In this document: piece by piece, positions 34,757-36,666 of the stretch
Position numbering within the stretch: the first letter of the stretch is position 1
How the letters are laid out: each line of letters starts with the position of its first letter
DNA from: an uncultured bacterium
GTDB lineage: Bacteria > Poribacteria > WGA-4E > B28-G17
DNA length: 36,666 nt
Direction of reading: 5' to 3'
NCBI GenBank assembly: GCA_964535855.1
Contig: CAZHVH010000001.1
Location: forward strand, 1 to 36,666
Notes under the pieces: model-generated
Databases searched by the model: none
What the model saw: only the letters and a program-made list of their open reading frames with translations
Told to the model about the DNA's origin: nothing
Program-made: the position numbers and the translations under genes

Positions 34757-34786
34757 TGATGATGAACCTCATCAGGAGGAACGGAT

Positions 34787-35767
34787 ATGAAGTTGAAAAC
34801 CTGCTTGATCGGATGTGGAACGATCGCTCGTGAACATGCAAGAGCATATGCTGAGCTTAAAGACGAGGTGGACGTCTTCGCCTTTGACATCGACGCCGAC
34901 AAGGCTCGAGAGCTATGCGAGGAGTTTGGATTTGCTGGCACGTTCGCCTCCCTTGAGGAAGCCCTCAGCTCACCTGATGTGAAGGCCGTCGATATATGCC
35001 TTCCACATGATCTTCACCTTCCGGTTGCGCACATGTGCGCCGATGCCGGCAAACATATCCTGATGGAGAAACCGATAGCCAGGACGCTCCAGGAAGCTGA
35101 CCAGGTGATATCTGCAGTCCGATCCGCGGGGGTGATACTTATGATCGCGGAGAACATGCGGTTTCACCCACCCGTTGTAGAGGCTAAGAAGCTCATCGAT
35201 AAAGGTGCCATAGGAAAGCTTAACATGGTTCAAGCCAACTCATGGCAGTTCCACATCCCACCGGGCTGGAGACGATCGAAGGAAAGGACCGGCGGTGGAA
35301 CGCTCATCGACCGAGGAATCCACTTCCTAGATATACCCCTCAACCTCGCCGGACCCGTGGAGACGGTCTACGCCCTGAAACCTCCCCAGACGGTGAAGGA
35401 GATGGAAGGGGAGGATGGAGCGCTGGTGCTGATGAAGCACAGAAACGGAGTGATAAGTGAGGTCAACGTGACATGGGGCACCCCAGGAGCACCTCAAGGG
35501 CCTTGGTTCATCGCATGTGGGACCGATGGAAGCATTTACGAACAAAACGGCCTCTGGATCGAAAAGATGGGCGGAGAGAAAAGCTCGATTCCCACAGATC
35601 CTCCGGATAGGGCGATGTTCTTGGAGATAGAGCATTTCGTCAGGTGTGTTAAAGAGGGGAGAGAACCTATCGTAACCGGCGAGGTGGGAAGGGAGGATTT
35701 AGCTCTGGTAATAGCGGCGTATAAATCCATGGAAACCGGGAAACCGGTGGAGGTGAGTGAATTATGA
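34787..35767 (+). CDS. Gfo/Idh/MocA-family NAD(P)-dependent oxidoreductase
   Basis: N-terminal Rossmann fold LIGCGTIAREHARAY, the EKP motif ILMEKPIA, and a C-terminal alpha/beta domain. Confidence 0.85.
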   Translation: MKLKTCLIGCGTIAREHARAYAELKDEVDVFAFDIDADKARELCEEFGFAGTFASLEEALSSPDVKAVDICLPHDLHLPVAHMCADAGKHILMEKPIARTLQEADQVISAVRSAGVILMIAENMRFHPPVVEAKKLIDKGAIGKLNMVQANSWQFHIPPGWRRSKERTGGGTLIDRGIHFLDIPLNLAGPVETVYALKPPQTVKEMEGEDGALVLMKHRNGVISEVNVTWGTPGAPQGPWFIACGTDGSIYEQNGLWIEKMGGEKSSIPTDPPDRAMFLEIEHFVRCVKEGREPIVTGEVGREDLALVIAAYKSMETGKPVEVSEL

Positions 35768-36600
35768 AGGTGGGATTTCTAACCGCTGTTTTGAATGATC
35801 GTCCCCTAGAAGAGGTATTAGATCTCGCTAAAGAGACGGGCTATGATGCCGTGGAGATAGCAGCATGGCCGTGGAGCAGGCATATCTCGCCCAGAGAGGC
35901 GGCGGAGGGGAAGGCCGAGGAGATACTCGGTAAAGTTCACGAGAAAGGGCTGACTATCTCAGCTTTAACCTGTCATGTCAACCATATTCACCCCGATAGC
36001 TCGGAGAGGGAAAACCTCAACGAGCATTTCAGGTGGGTTATACGGGCGGCAGGGGCGATGAAAGTTCCCGTGGTAACGGCAGTCAGCGGCGTTCCCCTAT
36101 CCGATCTGGATGAGACGCAGAACTGGGAATTGTTCAAAGGGATCATGGGTGAGCATCTTAAAGCAGCGGAGGAGGTGGGAGTCAAGATCGCGATCGAGAC
36201 CTTTCCTCCGTTTATGGTCCACAATATCCCCACGATCGAACGTATGTTCAACGAACTTCCTCAGGAGAACCTCGGTTTGAACTTCGATCCCTCGCATTTC
36301 GTCTGGCAAGGAGTTGACTATCTTGAAGCTGTGCGCCGTTTCGGAGATAGGATCTTCCACTCACACGCGAAGGACACGGAGATTCTAGATCATATCCTCA
36401 GGCTTGAGGGGGTGATGGGTAAGGGATGGTGGAGGTTCAGAATACCCGGCTTCGGTCAGGTAAACTGGAAGGCGCTTATCAGCACCTATAAGGAGGTGGG
36501 TTACGACTACGTGATCTCCTTCGAGCACGAAGATCCGCTCTTCGGCCCCGAGGAGGGTGTGAGGAAAACGGCCGGGTTTTTAAAGGAACTGGTGAAATAG
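35764..36600 (+). CDS. Sugar phosphate isomerase/epimerase (xylose isomerase-like TIM barrel)
   Basis: TGYDAVEIAAWPW, KIAIETFPP, NFDPSHF, HSHAKD and SFEHED blocks are present. The start forms an ATGA-type 4-nt overlap with the upstream gene. Confidence 0.8.
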   Translation: MKVGFLTAVLNDRPLEEVLDLAKETGYDAVEIAAWPWSRHISPREAAEGKAEEILGKVHEKGLTISALTCHVNHIHPDSSERENLNEHFRWVIRAAGAMKVPVVTAVSGVPLSDLDETQNWELFKGIMGEHLKAAEEVGVKIAIETFPPFMVHNIPTIERMFNELPQENLGLNFDPSHFVWQGVDYLEAVRRFGDRIFHSHAKDTEILDHILRLEGVMGKGWWRFRIPGFGQVNWKALISTYKEVGYDYVISFEHEDPLFGPEEGVRKTAGFLKELVK

Positions 36601-36629
36601 AAAATCCGATCGATTAGGAGAGGGGAAGG

Positions 36630-36666
36630 ATGGGCCTTAAAGCAGGAGCATGTAAAGGAGACGATG
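36630..36666 (+). CDS. 5' end of an unidentified ORF running off the window
   Basis: The ATG is preceded by AGGAGAGGGG. Only 12 codons are visible (MGLKAGACKGDD). Confidence 0.25.
   Translation, partial: MGLKAGACKGDD

Noticed and set aside
1-36666. CRISPR arrays, tRNA or rRNA genes, riboswitch-like leaders
   Set aside because: There are no spaced short direct repeats and no cloverleaf-compatible segments. The non-coding stretches are too short (mostly under 25 nt), apart from 318..616, 32916..33004 and 34511..34786. None of those three shows a recognisable structured RNA.

Overview
Almost the whole window (617..32991) is a minus-strand flagellar biogenesis locus. It sits between carbohydrate-related genes on the right (33005..36666) and gene debris on the left (12..473).

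A near-consensus sigma-70 promoter (TTGACA-17-TAAAAT, 32963..32991) precedes about 30 genes. Their gaps run from a 38-nt overlap to a 24-nt spacer. In order they are: TPR protein, FlgN-like, flgB, fliE, fliF, fliG, fliH, fliI, fliJ, MotE/YlxF-like, flbD, motA, motB, fliL, fliM, fliN, fliO, fliP, fliQ, fliR, flhB, flhA, flhF, flhG, PilZ protein, small TM protein, fliA, a small Q/H/R-rich ORF, a coiled-coil protein with an HTH-like tail, and a second PilZ protein.

Four nt after the last stop codon lies a near-consensus sigma-28 promoter (TAAACTTT-N11-GTCGATAA, 8802..8828). It drives fliD, flgM and a 1799-aa Sec-signal giant protein (cohesin-like domain, about 12 IPT/TIG-like repeats, 4 Ig-like modules, 2 novel C-terminal modules). 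I rate this giant protein the most interesting candidate, as a flagellum-co-regulated surface system.

Other notable points:
- A 211-bp direct repeat (210/211 identical) brackets the whole 33-kb block.
- flgC and fliK-flgD-flgE are missing from their canonical slots.
- FlhG has a degenerate P-loop.
- FliF carries a roughly 53-aa ER/K insertion.
- Two YcgR-like PilZ proteins flank fliA.

No flagellin, hook, chemotaxis, tRNA, rRNA, CRISPR, integrase or transposase genes were seen. All homology calls come from motifs I recognise by eye; no database search was run. The gene order resembles the Bacillus, Clostridia, Thermotogae and spirochaete fla operon type, but I cannot assign a taxon.
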